From: Opitutia bacterium
GTDB lineage: Bacteria; Verrucomicrobiota; Verrucomicrobiia; Opitutales; T3Sed10-336
Assembly: GCA_003558065.1 (NCBI GenBank)
Contig: PWMU01000007.1
Coordinates: 8,894 to 72,893 of the forward strand
Length of the DNA: 64,000 nucleotides
Direction of reading: 5' to 3'
Shown: piece by piece, positions 28,006 to 38,003 of the stretch
Layout: the number at the start of each line of letters is the position of its first letter
Position numbering within the stretch: the stretch's first letter is position 1
Program-made: the position numbers and the translations under genes
The notes under the pieces: model-generated
Databases searched by the model: none
Told to the model about the DNA's origin: nothing
Seen by the model: the letters and a program-made list of their open reading frames with translations, nothing else

Positions 28006-29937
28006 TCAATCGTCCGGACTCTCTTTTTTTCCGGCCGCCCCTTTTGACGGAGGCTCCGGTTCCGAATCGGGTGTTGGCCGTTGTTGCCCGGTCGCGGCTT
28101 CGAGAAGCTGGTAAACGCGGTCCACAATCCGTCGCGGGTCCTCCAGCAGGCCTGCGGATATGAGCGCGTTGTCAAAAATCTGTTCCGCGACCAGTTTCGC
28201 CAGGTTCTCGTCGGACCGACGAAGGGAGGCGACCTTTTTGATCAGACTGTGACGCGGGTTGATTTCGAGGTTCACCTTGGCGGCGTCGTCGAACTCCTCG
28301 TTCATGGCCTTCATCATCCGGCGCATCGTGGGCGTCATCATCTTGTCGGCTTTGAGCGCCAGGGCGGGGCTTTCGACGAGGCGTTTGCCGGGACTGATAT
28401 CGGCGACCCGTTCGCCGAGGACGTCCCGCATCCATCGGCAGAGTTCGGTAGTCTCAGCCTCGTCGAGCGCATCACCCGAAGCGGGGGAGGGAGCGTCGTC
28501 GAGCTTGAGGTCGGCCTGGTCGGCCGAGGCGAACTTCCCGCCTTCGAATTCATGAAGGTTGTTCATCACGAACTCGTCGACCGGTTCGTACAGGTAGAGC
28601 ACTTCGAGATTGCGCGCCCGGAAAGCTTCCAGGTAGGGACCGCTTTCGATGGCTTCACGGCTCGGGCCGGAGAGGTAATAAATCTCCTCCTGGCCCTCTT
28701 TCATGCGCGAGACGTAATCGGTCAGGCTGGTGAGCTTGTCCTTTTCGGTGAGATTGGATTCGAAACGCAGGAGTTTCGTCAACTGCTCCCTGTGCGTGAA
28801 GTCCGTCGCGGCGCCCTCCTTCAGGAAAAACCCGAAGCGCCCGAAGAATTCCGCGTAACCGTCCGGACGCTTTTCGGCCTCCTCTTCGAGGAACTTGAGG
28901 AAGCGCTTGGTCAGAAGCCGGTTCAGTTTCTGGACCAGGGCGCTGTCCTGCATGGATTCGCGGGAAATATTCAGTGGCAGGGCCTCGCTGTCCACGACGC
29001 CCTTGAGGAATCGGAGCCACTCCGGGAGCAGCGCCTTGGGGTGGTGATCAATAAGGATTTTCCGGCAGTAGAGGGCGACTCCCGGATCGACGCGCCCGAA
29101 TCCCATGCGTTCGGGATTGTCCCGGGGCGTAAAGAGCAGGGCGTTGATCGCGATCGGGGCGTCGGCGCTGAAATGGAGCCGGTAGCGCGGCTCGTCGAAG
29201 GCGTTGGCGGCGAACTTGTAGAACTCGGTGTACTCCTCGTCGCTGATCTCGCTCTTGCTTCGCAGCCAGAGCGCCTGCACGGTGTTGACCTTGTCGCCGT
29301 TCAGATTGATCGGGAACTGCACGAAGCTGGAGTACCGGCGAAGGATTTCGCGGACCCGGTCGGCGCCGGCGAACTCCTTGCACTCGTCTTTCAGCTCGAC
29401 GACGATCTTGCAGCCACGCCGCTGGCCCTCGGCCGCTTCCAGTTCGTAGCTGCCCGCGCCTTCGCACGTCCAGCACCACCCGGTCTCGTCTTTCCTCCAG
29501 GACCGGGTGTACACTTTGACCCGTTTCGCCACCATGAACGCGCTGTAAAAACCGACCCCGAACTGGCCGATCAAGTTTTCGTTCTTGCCGCCGCTCTCGC
29601 GAATCGCCTGGAGGAAGGCTTTCGACCCGGAATGGGCGATAGTCCCCAGGTTCTCGAGCAGTTCGTCCCGGGTCATGCCGACACCGAAATCCTGGATGGT
29701 GAGGGTGTTGGCGGTGTCGTCGGTCGAAATGTTGATTTCCAGCGGGAGCCGGTCATCGAAAACCTCTTTCTCGGTGAGCTGGATGTGCCGGAGCTTTTCC
29801 AGGGCGTCGGAGGCGTTGGATACGAGCTCCCGGACGAAGATTTCCCGGTCCGTGTAGAGCGAATTGATGACGATGTCCAGCAACTGCTGAACTTCGGCTT
29901 GGAAGGTGTGTTTCTCCGGTTGTGTGGATGTGCTCAT
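28006..29937 (-). CDS. htpG: Chaperone HtpG (Hsp90)
   Basis: FQAEVQQLL, RELVSNASDA, LGTIAHSG, IGQFGVGFYS, LPLNISRE, LEINPRH. Confidence 0.98.
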   Translation of the reverse strand: MSTSTQPEKHTFQAEVQQLLDIVINSLYTDREIFVRELVSNASDALEKLRHIQLTEKEVFDDRLPLEINISTDDTANTLTIQDFGVGMTRDELLENLGTIAHSGSKAFLQAIRESGGKNENLIGQFGVGFYSAFMVAKRVKVYTRSWRKDETGWCWTCEGAGSYELEAAEGQRRGCKIVVELKDECKEFAGADRVREILRRYSSFVQFPINLNGDKVNTVQALWLRSKSEISDEEYTEFYKFAANAFDEPRYRLHFSADAPIAINALLFTPRDNPERMGFGRVDPGVALYCRKILIDHHPKALLPEWLRFLKGVVDSEALPLNISRESMQDSALVQKLNRLLTKRFLKFLEEEAEKRPDGYAEFFGRFGFFLKEGAATDFTHREQLTKLLRFESNLTEKDKLTSLTDYVSRMKEGQEEIYYLSGPSREAIESGPYLEAFRARNLEVLYLYEPVDEFVMNNLHEFEGGKFASADQADLKLDDAPSPASGDALDEAETTELCRWMRDVLGERVADISPGKRLVESPALALKADKMMTPTMRRMMKAMNEEFDDAAKVNLEINPRHSLIKKVASLRRSDENLAKLVAEQIFDNALISAGLLEDPRRIVDRVYQLLEAATGQQRPTPDSEPEPPSKGAAGKKESPDD

Positions 29938-30132
29938 GATCGATACAAGACGTGTGTGTGATTGAGAATGTTTCGCGAGTTTTTGAAGTTTGCCCGGTTG
30001 ATTGTGAGGGATCGCTTTCCGGGGCCGGGAGCCGGTTGGGGCCGATTAATATGGCGGACGGCCCCGTCCCTTTCCCGGGCGAGGTGTTCGACTCTTTGAA
30101 CAAAGGCCCCGCAGCCGAGTTCCGCGCCGCGG

Positions 30133-31569
30133 TCAATCGCCGCCGAGAATCCCGACGATTTGATTGATCAGAATGATGAGGATCGCGACCGGCGCGACAT
30201 AACGGATCATGAAATGCCAGAGTTTTTCCAGTCGGAAATTCGGAGTGCCCTTCTGGATCTCTTCGGAGGCTTTCTTCAGGCTCCAGGCCCAGCCGACAAA
30301 AATGGCGAGGCCCAGTGCGCCAACCGGCAGGAAGAGTTGAAAGGTCAAGGTGTACAGGAGGTCGAACAGGGAAATGCCGAAACGGCCGCCTTCCGACAGC
30401 CACTCCACCGCCCCGAAGCTCAGGGCGGAAGGAATGGCCAGAACAAAGATGATTCCGCCGAGTCCCCAGGCCGCTTTCCTGCGATCCAGCTTCCAGTCGT
30501 CCACCAAGTGGGCCGTGACGACTTCCATCAGGCTGATGGCCGAGGTGAGCGCGGCAATGGCCAGCAGGAGGAAGAACGCGGCGCCAAAAAGGATGGTCGC
30601 CGCCGTGCCTCCGGGCAGTTCACTGAGGATTTGCGGAAAGATGACAAAGACCAGGCCGGCTCCCTCCGCGACCAGATCGTCGAGGGGAACCGCCTGCGTG
30701 GCCGCCATAAAGAAGATCACCGGAAACACGATCAGGCCGGCGAATACCGCGATCAGCGTGTCGGTGGCGACCACGTAGCCGGCGGAGGAGGGAAGGCATT
30801 CCTCTTTGCGCAGGTAGCTGCCGTACGTGATCATTACGCCCATGCCGAGACTCAACGAGAAAAACGCCTGCCCCAGGGCGAAGACAGCGGTTCTCCAGGT
30901 GATCTCCCCGAAGTCGGGAACGAGGTAAAAGCGAAAACCTTCGCCGGCTCCCTCAAGCGTGACCGCCCGCCCGATCAGCAAAACCAGGAGGATGAAAAGC
31001 ACCGGCATCATGACCTTGATCGAGCGCTCGATCCCCTTCTGGACACCGGCGGCGACAATGGCGGTTGTCGCGAGTGTGAAAACCGCGACAAAGAGGATCT
31101 CGTAACCGGGATTGGCCGTCATCTCACGGAACAGTCCTCCGAAGTACTCCGCGCTCTCCTGTCCCTCGGGCACGATCAAGCCCCCTCCGGCGGCCTGGAT
31201 AAAATAATAAACCGTCCAACCGGCGATTACCGTGTAAAAGGAGAGAATCACGAACCCGGTAAACACCCCGAGGACGCCTACCAGGAACCAGGGGGTCCCG
31301 GGCTTGAGGTGTTTCAGGGCGCCGACGGGGTTCTTTTCTCCGGCGCGACCGATCACCATTTCCGCCAACATAACGGGAAGCCCGACAAGCACGATACAGA
31401 GAATGTAGATCAGCACAAAGCCGCCGCCGCCGTTTTCGGCGGCGGCGGTCGGAAATCCCCAGATATTACCCAGACCGACCGCCGAGCCCGCCGCCGCCAG
31501 AATGAAGGCGAGGCGGGAGCCCCACAGGCCCCGTCCGTTGCTGTTGTTGTTGTCCGAACTTGTGCTCAT
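30133..31569 (-). CDS. Sodium-dependent transporter, NSS/SNF family
   Basis: GSAVGLGNIW, ENGGGGF, QAFFSLSLGMG, GLVF, multiple TM helices. Confidence 0.93.
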   Translation of the reverse strand: MSTSSDNNNSNGRGLWGSRLAFILAAAGSAVGLGNIWGFPTAAAENGGGGFVLIYILCIVLVGLPVMLAEMVIGRAGEKNPVGALKHLKPGTPWFLVGVLGVFTGFVILSFYTVIAGWTVYYFIQAAGGGLIVPEGQESAEYFGGLFREMTANPGYEILFVAVFTLATTAIVAAGVQKGIERSIKVMMPVLFILLVLLIGRAVTLEGAGEGFRFYLVPDFGEITWRTAVFALGQAFFSLSLGMGVMITYGSYLRKEECLPSSAGYVVATDTLIAVFAGLIVFPVIFFMAATQAVPLDDLVAEGAGLVFVIFPQILSELPGGTAATILFGAAFFLLLAIAALTSAISLMEVVTAHLVDDWKLDRRKAAWGLGGIIFVLAIPSALSFGAVEWLSEGGRFGISLFDLLYTLTFQLFLPVGALGLAIFVGWAWSLKKASEEIQKGTPNFRLEKLWHFMIRYVAPVAILIILINQIVGILGGD

Positions 31570-31622
31570 CGATTCTCTCTTTCAGCCGGAGAGTGTCCGG
31601 GAAGTCAATGCCGCAGTTACGG

Positions 31623-33386
31623 TTACAAATATTCTTCGTTGGATTCCGTGTCCACGATCTTGAAATTCTCGACGTGGAAACTCGGATCGGGACGAAAGGC
31701 CAGCTTGACGCCGTGAAGCTGCTGGAGATCGGCGAGCAGCTTCTCGTCCTCCTGGCGGAGCCGTTCGAGGATGCTGGGATGAACGAGGATCCGCAGCCCC
31801 AGCTTCTTCTCGCCCTCGGCTGTCCTTCCGGCCTCGGAACCGAGCCGCCGGAGAACACTGGCCAGGCGGCGCTGAATCTCGACGCTCATCGTCCGGGAGG
31901 ATTTGACGATCCCGCGACCCCGGCAATACGGGCAGTCGGTGTAAATGCCGGAGGAATGGCTTTCCTGCTGCCGCTGGCGGGTCATCTGCATGATCCCGAG
32001 CTGCGAAATCGGCAGGATGTGGGTTTTGGCGCGGTCGTTCGCCATCTCGCTGCGAATCCGGCTGTAAACCTGGTTGCGGTCCCGCCGGCTCTTCATGTCG
32101 ATAAAATCGATGATGATCAGGCCCCCGATGTTGCGCAGGCGGACCTGCCGGGCGATTTCCGTAGCCGCCTCCATATTGACCTGGAAGATCGTGTTCTTGT
32201 CTTCGCCGCTCTTCGCCTTGTGGGCCCCGGTGTTGACGTCGATCGCGATGAGGGCCTCGGTTTCGTCAATGACGATCTGTCCGCCCGACGGAAGGGTCGT
32301 CTGGCTCTGGAACGTCTGTTCGATCTGACGCTCGATGTTATAGCGTTCGAAAATGGGGATCGTGGCGTTGTAAAGCGTGACCTTCGACTTCGAGCGGGAA
32401 GAGATCTGGGAAACCAGTTGCTCGATCCGTTTGTGATCGTCGGTGCTGTCCACTATCACCCGGTCGATCTCCTCGGTCAGGAAATCCCGCACGGTGCGTT
32501 CGATCAGATCGGGCTCCTGGTAGAGGCAGGTCGGCTGTTTGGAGCTTTCCATCTTCTCCCCTATCTCATCCCATTTCTTCAGGAGAATGTGCAGGTCGCG
32601 TACGAAGTAGCGGAGTTTCTTGCCTTCGCCCGCGGTGCGCAGGATGACGCCCATTCCTTCCGGGATGGTGAGCGAGCGCAGGATCTTCTTAAGCCGGCTC
32701 CGTTCCTTCGGATCCTCGATTTTGCGCGAGATGCCGCACTGGTCGCAGTAGGGCATCAGCACCAGGAATCGGCCGGGCAGGGTGATGTTGGTGGTCGTGC
32801 GCGGCCCCTTGGTTCCGATCGGCCCCTTGGTGATCTGCACGACGATTTCCGTACCGACCGGGTAGTGGGAGGGGACGTCCTTGATGTTGAGCTGCTTGGC
32901 TTTGCTCTTGGCTTCGTCCCGGCTCTTGTTGACCCGGACGACCTCCACGGATGAATCCGCCGCCGCGGGCAGGATGTCCCAGTAATGCAGGAAGGCGTTC
33001 TTCTGCATGCCGATATCCACAAAAGCGGCTTTCAGACCGTTTTCCAGGTTCTGGATCCGGCCCTTGAAGATGCTGCCGACCATGCGGTCCTCGCCGACGC
33101 GCTCGATTTCAAACTTCTCGAGAATACCGTCGACCAGCAGTGCGACGCGCTTCTCCAGCGGTTCGGCGTTGATGATCAACTCCCGAAAGCTGGTTTTCTC
33201 CCGTTTGATGGTATCGATGATTTTGCTGAGAAAAGGCTTCTTTTTTGAGCGTGCCTGGGCCTCTCGTTTGAGCTTTTCCGGAGGGATTTCCTTGACCCGC
33301 TGCTCGCTCGGGGGCGATTGGAGCTCTTTAAGCTGTTTCTCGGAAATTTCGTTCTGATCGTTTTGATTGATGGATGATTCGTTCAT
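31623..33386 (-). CDS. Ribonuclease E/G family protein
   Basis: S1 domain [45 protein letters not shown] Zn-link. Confidence 0.95.
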   Translation of the reverse strand: MNESSINQNDQNEISEKQLKELQSPPSEQRVKEIPPEKLKREAQARSKKKPFLSKIIDTIKREKTSFRELIINAEPLEKRVALLVDGILEKFEIERVGEDRMVGSIFKGRIQNLENGLKAAFVDIGMQKNAFLHYWDILPAAADSSVEVVRVNKSRDEAKSKAKQLNIKDVPSHYPVGTEIVVQITKGPIGTKGPRTTTNITLPGRFLVLMPYCDQCGISRKIEDPKERSRLKKILRSLTIPEGMGVILRTAGEGKKLRYFVRDLHILLKKWDEIGEKMESSKQPTCLYQEPDLIERTVRDFLTEEIDRVIVDSTDDHKRIEQLVSQISSRSKSKVTLYNATIPIFERYNIERQIEQTFQSQTTLPSGGQIVIDETEALIAIDVNTGAHKAKSGEDKNTIFQVNMEAATEIARQVRLRNIGGLIIIDFIDMKSRRDRNQVYSRIRSEMANDRAKTHILPISQLGIMQMTRQRQQESHSSGIYTDCPYCRGRGIVKSSRTMSVEIQRRLASVLRRLGSEAGRTAEGEKKLGLRILVHPSILERLRQEDEKLLADLQQLHGVKLAFRPDPSFHVENFKIVDTESNEEYL

Positions 33387-33483
33387 TGTTCTGGATGTGT
33401 CCCGTTTTCGTTGGGCTCTTCATCACAGCCGCCGCTGTCGCGGACACCAGTCGGGGCGTCGTGTGGATATCGCCTTCAGACAT

Positions 33484-34713
33484 CTAGTATTCCTTTCTGA
33501 ATCGATAGACGCTTTGCACCAGCCCCTGCAGGATGCAGCAACTGATCATGAAAGAGCCGCCATAACTCAAGAAGGGAAGCGGGAGTCCGGTTATAGGCAT
33601 CAGACCGATCGTCATACCAATATTGATAAACACGTGAACGGAAAAGATGATGGTGACCCCGAGGGCCAGCAACATGCCAAAACGGTCCCTGGCGAGGCCC
33701 GCGATGCGGACTCCGTTGCCCAGCAGCAGGCCGTAAAGGCCAACCACCAAAGCACTTCCCAAAAAACCTTTCTCCTCCGCGAGGACGGAGAAAATAAAAT
33801 CGTTGTGCGCCACACCGCGCGGGAGGTAGCCCAGTTGGGCCTGCGTGCCCTCTCCCCAGCCCTTGCCGAAAGCCCCTCCCGAGCCGACGGAGATGAGGGA
33901 TTGGCGCACGTTCCAGCCGATGCCCACCGGGTCGATCCTTTCGGGTGCGACGAAGGAAAGGATCCGGTTGCGCTGGTAGTCGCGCAGGGGCAGCAGCGAG
34001 TGCTCCTCGTACTGCCCCCGGTGGGCGGTGGGAGAGAGGTCGTTTTCCTTCAGGAACCGCTCGTAGCCGTAGACGTCGACCGAAACGAGCGACACCACCA
34101 GGAGAAAAAGACCGATAACCGCCGCGAAATAGGCTTTGGGGAAATTGGATACGTATAACAGCGATAAAACCATGGGCGGAATGACAAGGGCCGATCCTAG
34201 ATCGGGTTGCATGAAAATCAACAACATAGGCAGTGAAATCACCAGCCCTATTTTAGTAACCGTCAGGAGCGACTCGCGAAAGGTTCCGACCTGGGAGCGC
34301 GCCAGGATGCTGGCAACGATCACCAGGCACCCAAGCTTGGCCACTTCCGAGGGCTGCACCGCGAAAAAGCCGAAATCCAGCCACCGCACGGCCCCGTGCC
34401 GGGGCGGTCCGGCCAGGGGCGTCCATAGAAGCAGCAGAATGAGGATCGAGGCCAGGTAAATCCAGTGGGAGCCCTTGAGGAAAACCCGATAATCGATCAG
34501 GCTCACGAAAGCGTAGGCGCCGAGGCCGCCGAAAATCCAGACGGCCTGCATCCGGAATTGGGAGAGACCCGTGTAAACCTGTGCACTGTAGATAAAGAAG
34601 ACACCGGTTACCATCAGGATCAGCATGCAGGCAGGGTTGACCAGGTCAAAACGATACCGGGCCGCTGTTTTGAAAAAACTAAGATAATAAGATTTTAAGT
34701 TGAAAGTTTCCAA
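33484..34713 (-). CDS. rodA: Rod shape-determining protein RodA (SEDS family)
   Basis: GAVRWL, QPSEVAK, QPDLGS, SVGSGG, HNDFIFSVLAEE.G, PITGLPLPFLSYGGS; start uncertain (TTG 34713 or 34782). Confidence 0.9.
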   Translation of the reverse strand: METFNLKSYYLSFFKTAARYRFDLVNPACMLILMVTGVFFIYSAQVYTGLSQFRMQAVWIFGGLGAYAFVSLIDYRVFLKGSHWIYLASILILLLLWTPLAGPPRHGAVRWLDFGFFAVQPSEVAKLGCLVIVASILARSQVGTFRESLLTVTKIGLVISLPMLLIFMQPDLGSALVIPPMVLSLLYVSNFPKAYFAAVIGLFLLVVSLVSVDVYGYERFLKENDLSPTAHRGQYEEHSLLPLRDYQRNRILSFVAPERIDPVGIGWNVRQSLISVGSGGAFGKGWGEGTQAQLGYLPRGVAHNDFIFSVLAEEKGFLGSALVVGLYGLLLGNGVRIAGLARDRFGMLLALGVTIIFSVHVFINIGMTIGLMPITGLPLPFLSYGGSFMISCCILQGLVQSVYRFRKEY

Positions 34714-34984
34714 TTTGTAATCCCGAAAAACCTGTTCCGGTCGGGCGAGAAATGATTTGATTTTGTCAGATTCTACTGCCAATAATTACCGCAAGAATAA
34801 CAAAATTGATTCCGGATACCAGAAATCAGGAGTCCAACGGTCAGGATCCGCGGCTTTCTCGATACGGGTGTCGGACAGGCGAGTCGCTTTGAGGCATTGA
34901 ATCGTTTCGCAATACTTTTTCAAGCCGGATCTCGCAGGCGCGCTTCGATTTCAATCGATTCTACAGGGACAAAATGTTGATTTT

Positions 34985-36517
34985 ATGAGTACCGTTTGGC
35001 CTTCGCTTTTTCTGAGTCTTCTGGCGGCGGTGATTTCGGCATTGTTGGTCTGGTATCTGACCCACCGCTGGAGGGACAATACGCGTCAACAGTGCGAAAA
35101 GCTTCTCTTCTACACGAAAAAAGAGGCGGAGATTTCCTCCCGGGAAATCCTCAACGAAGCGCAGGTCAAGATCGACAAAAAGTGGGCCGAACTGGATCGT
35201 CGCCAGGACCGGTTTGAGCTCGAGCGGGAGCGGGACCGCGAGGAAATCGACAAGGATCGCCGCCGGCTCAAGCAGTTTAGGGAGGAGTTGGAGGATCGCC
35301 GAAAGAAACTGGAGAGCGTCGAGGAGAGCGTCTTTCAGCGGGAAGAGGCGTTGCGCAAGACAACCCAGAAGTACCGGCGGCGGATGGAAGAGATTGGCGG
35401 CGTATCCTCGGAAGAGGCGAAAAAAATCCTTCGCGACGAAGTCGTCGCCGAGTGCCAGGGGGAATTGCGGTACCTTCGGCGGTCGTTACTGGAGAAATCC
35501 GAAAAGGAGGTGCGCCAGGAGGGCAAACGTCTTCTGGTTTCGGCGATGCAGCGACTCTCCACCCAGCCGATGCACGACATCACGGCCACGTTGGTCCCGA
35601 TTCCGGGAGATGAGATGAAAGGACGGATCATCGGCCGGGAGGGCCGCAATATCAAGTGCTTCGAAGCGGTTACCGGGGTGACTCTCATGATCGACGAATC
35701 GCCCGGAACGGTTTTGATTTCCTCGTTCGATCCGGTTCGCCGGGAAGTCGCGCGGGTGGGACTGGAATACCTGATCGAGGACGGCAGGATACATCCGTCA
35801 AGTATCGAGGAGTACGTCGCGCGGGCTCAATCCGAGATCGAGACCGATATCGCCCGTTACGGTGACGACGCGGTGAACCAGTTGAAGCTCGGCGGGGTTC
35901 ACCCCGAGGTTCGCCAGCTGTTGGGGAAGCTCAAGTATCGCTATGCGTTTACCCAGAACGTCCTCGATCATTCGGTCGAAGTGGGGTTCATCTGCTCGAT
36001 GCTCGCCGCGGAGATCGGATTGGATCCGCTCCCGGCCAAGCGGGCGGGACTGTTTCACGATATCGGCAAGGCCATGGATCACGAGTACGAAGGCAGCCAT
36101 GCCACCGTCGGCGCCGACTTCCTTCGCCGGTTCGGAGAAGATGCCACGGTCGTCAATGCGGTTGCCGCTCACCACGAGGAGGTTTCTCCGGAAACGGTTT
36201 ACGCCGGGCTGGTCATGGTCGCGGATACCTTGTCGGCGGTCCGGCCCGGCGTGCGCAACGAGACGCAGAGCTCCTTTATCGATCGCCTGGCCCGGCTGGA
36301 AAAACTGGCCGCGGACGTGGACGGTGTGAAGGAGGCCTTTGCCCTGCAGGCCGGGCGCGAAATCCGCGTGTTGGTCGAGCCTTCGGAGGTAAACGACGAG
36401 CGAACCGCCGAGCTGGCCCGGGAACTCCGCCAGAAGATCGAGGATAATCTCCAGTACCCGAGCACGATCAAGGTCACCGTGATCCGCGAGCAGCGCTACA
36501 GCGAGACGGCGAAGTAG
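34985..36517 (+). CDS. rny: Ribonuclease Y
   Basis: N-terminal TM, coiled coil, KH (MKGRIIGREGRNI), HD (HDIGKA), ALQAGREIRV. Confidence 0.96.
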   Translation: MSTVWPSLFLSLLAAVISALLVWYLTHRWRDNTRQQCEKLLFYTKKEAEISSREILNEAQVKIDKKWAELDRRQDRFELERERDREEIDKDRRRLKQFREELEDRRKKLESVEESVFQREEALRKTTQKYRRRMEEIGGVSSEEAKKILRDEVVAECQGELRYLRRSLLEKSEKEVRQEGKRLLVSAMQRLSTQPMHDITATLVPIPGDEMKGRIIGREGRNIKCFEAVTGVTLMIDESPGTVLISSFDPVRREVARVGLEYLIEDGRIHPSSIEEYVARAQSEIETDIARYGDDAVNQLKLGGVHPEVRQLLGKLKYRYAFTQNVLDHSVEVGFICSMLAAEIGLDPLPAKRAGLFHDIGKAMDHEYEGSHATVGADFLRRFGEDATVVNAVAAHHEEVSPETVYAGLVMVADTLSAVRPGVRNETQSSFIDRLARLEKLAADVDGVKEAFALQAGREIRVLVEPSEVNDERTAELARELRQKIEDNLQYPSTIKVTVIREQRYSETAK

Positions 36518-36528
36518 TCGAGGGGGCG

Positions 36529-36570
36529 TTGTTCGTTATTCGTTATGGGTGATTCGTGATCGGTTACTGG
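36529..36570 (+). repeat. Degenerate heptamer array (TTATTCG-like x6)
   Basis: ttgttcg ttattcg ttatggg tgattcg tgatcgg ttactgg. Confidence 0.65.
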
Positions 36571-36723
36571 TGGTTCCGGAAGGGGTCGGCGACGAAAACA
36601 ACCGGTCGGACCCGGATTGTTGGCTTTCGGCTCCGTGTGGAAGCGGGCCCGTCGCTCCCGGATCCGGACTGTCTGAACCTGAGACGTTGCCGCTATCCGG
36701 ATCGCATCCATCTGGAATTTAAG

Positions 36724-36751
36724 TTGAACTTCGAACCTTGAACGTTGAACG
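36724..36751 (+). repeat. Heptamer array (TTGAACN x4)
   Basis: ttgaact tcgaacc ttgaacg ttgaacg. Confidence 0.7.
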
Positions 36752-36805
36752 TGCTGTTCCGAGACCGGAAAGCTGAACTGAATTCGGTACGCGAGGTCCG
36801 CCACC

Positions 36806-37813
36806 ATGAGCCAAGGAGAGAAACCGCTGATTTTAACCGGAGCCAAACCTTCCGGGGAGTTGACCCTCGGGAATTATCTGGGGGCCATCAAGAACTGGGC
36901 GGTGATGCTGGAGGAGTATGAGTGCTTTTTTCCGATCGTGGATCTGCACGCCATCACCGTGCATTACGTGCCCGCCGAACTCCGCCGCCGCACGTATCAA
37001 TGCCTGGCTCAGTACCTGGCCTGCGGGCTCGATCCGGAGAGGTCGCATATTTTTCTGCAATCCCACGTCACCGGTCACACCGAGCTGAGCTGGGTGCTGA
37101 GCTGTTTGACGCCGGTGGGTGATTTGCACCGGATGACGCAGTTCAAGGAGAAGTCGAGCGTCCCGGGCGCGAGTGTCAACGCCGGCCTGCTGTATTACCC
37201 GGTGCTGATGGCGGCGGACATTCTCCTGTACAACGCCGACCGGGTTCCGGTCGGGGAGGACCAGAAACAGCACCTGGAGCTGGCCCGGAATCTCGCCCAG
37301 CGTTTCAATCACACCTATTCGGATACCTTCAAGATCCCCGAGCCCTTCATCGGCAAGACCGGCGCCCGGATTATGTCGCTGCAGGACCCGCTGAGGAAGA
37401 TGTCCAAGTCGGAGGATAGTCCCGGCGACGCCATCCTGCTGCCGGATCCTCCGGAAGTGATCCGCAAGAAGATTCTCAGTGCCGTTACCGATTCGGGCCG
37501 GGAGGTTCGCCGCGGTGACGACAAACCGGGCATCAGCAATCTACTCAACATTTTCAGCGCGGTTACCGGCCGGGCGGTTGAGGAACTGGAAAAGGAGTTT
37601 GCCGGCACCGGATACGGCGCCTTCAAGAACGCCTTGGCCGATTCGGTTATCGCGGAGCTGGAACCGGTCCAGGACAGGTACCGTCGGATTATCGAGGACA
37701 AGACCCTCATGCACCGCGTACTGAAGGAAGGAGCGGAAGCCGCCCAGGCACGGGCGTACAGGACCCTCGCCAAGGTCAGCCGCAAGGCCGGGTTTATCGA
37801 ACGTCTCCGATAG
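36806..37813 (+). CDS. trpS: Tryptophan--tRNA ligase
   Basis: TLGNYLGA (HIGH variant), YPVLMAADIL, VPVGEDQ, KMSKS. Confidence 0.97.
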   Translation: MSQGEKPLILTGAKPSGELTLGNYLGAIKNWAVMLEEYECFFPIVDLHAITVHYVPAELRRRTYQCLAQYLACGLDPERSHIFLQSHVTGHTELSWVLSCLTPVGDLHRMTQFKEKSSVPGASVNAGLLYYPVLMAADILLYNADRVPVGEDQKQHLELARNLAQRFNHTYSDTFKIPEPFIGKTGARIMSLQDPLRKMSKSEDSPGDAILLPDPPEVIRKKILSAVTDSGREVRRGDDKPGISNLLNIFSAVTGRAVEELEKEFAGTGYGAFKNALADSVIAELEPVQDRYRRIIEDKTLMHRVLKEGAEAAQARAYRTLAKVSRKAGFIERLR

Positions 37814-37834
37814 AACGGAGGGCGCGCAAGGGGC

Positions 37835-37986
37835 GGTTCCCGGTTCGAAGTTCAAGGTTCCGGATTCAGGCACGGTAGCTTGAGGAGGGCTTTGGAATAA
37901 CGACCGCAGCCTTCGTGACCGTTTGTTTTACGTTGAAATAAAACGCTGCCTGAACCTCGTGAACCAGGAACTTCGAACCTTGAACC
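37835..37986. repeat. Inverted pair of heptamer arrays enclosing a 74-bp core (MITE-like)
   Basis: Left arm 37835-37872 reverse-complements to tgcctgaatccggaaccttgaacttcgaaccgggaacc; right arm 37947-37986 is tgcctgaacctcgtgaaccaggaacttcgaaccttgaacc. Confidence 0.75.
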
Positions 37987-38003
37987 CGTTAACTCCGAGG
38001 GGC

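Noticed and set aside
29938-30132. CIRCE heat-shock operator upstream of htpG
   Set aside because: No TTAGCACTC-N9-GAGTGCTAA or near match.
34790-34984. Possible 6S RNA upstream of rny
   Set aside because: Only a weak imperfect stem; no end-to-end rod with central bubble could be built by eye.
36518-36805. Repetitive rny-trpS spacer considered as a CRISPR array or T-box leader
   Set aside because: Repeat units are 7 bp with no spacers and there are no cas genes; no T-box consensus (AAGGTGGxACC) or terminator before trpS.
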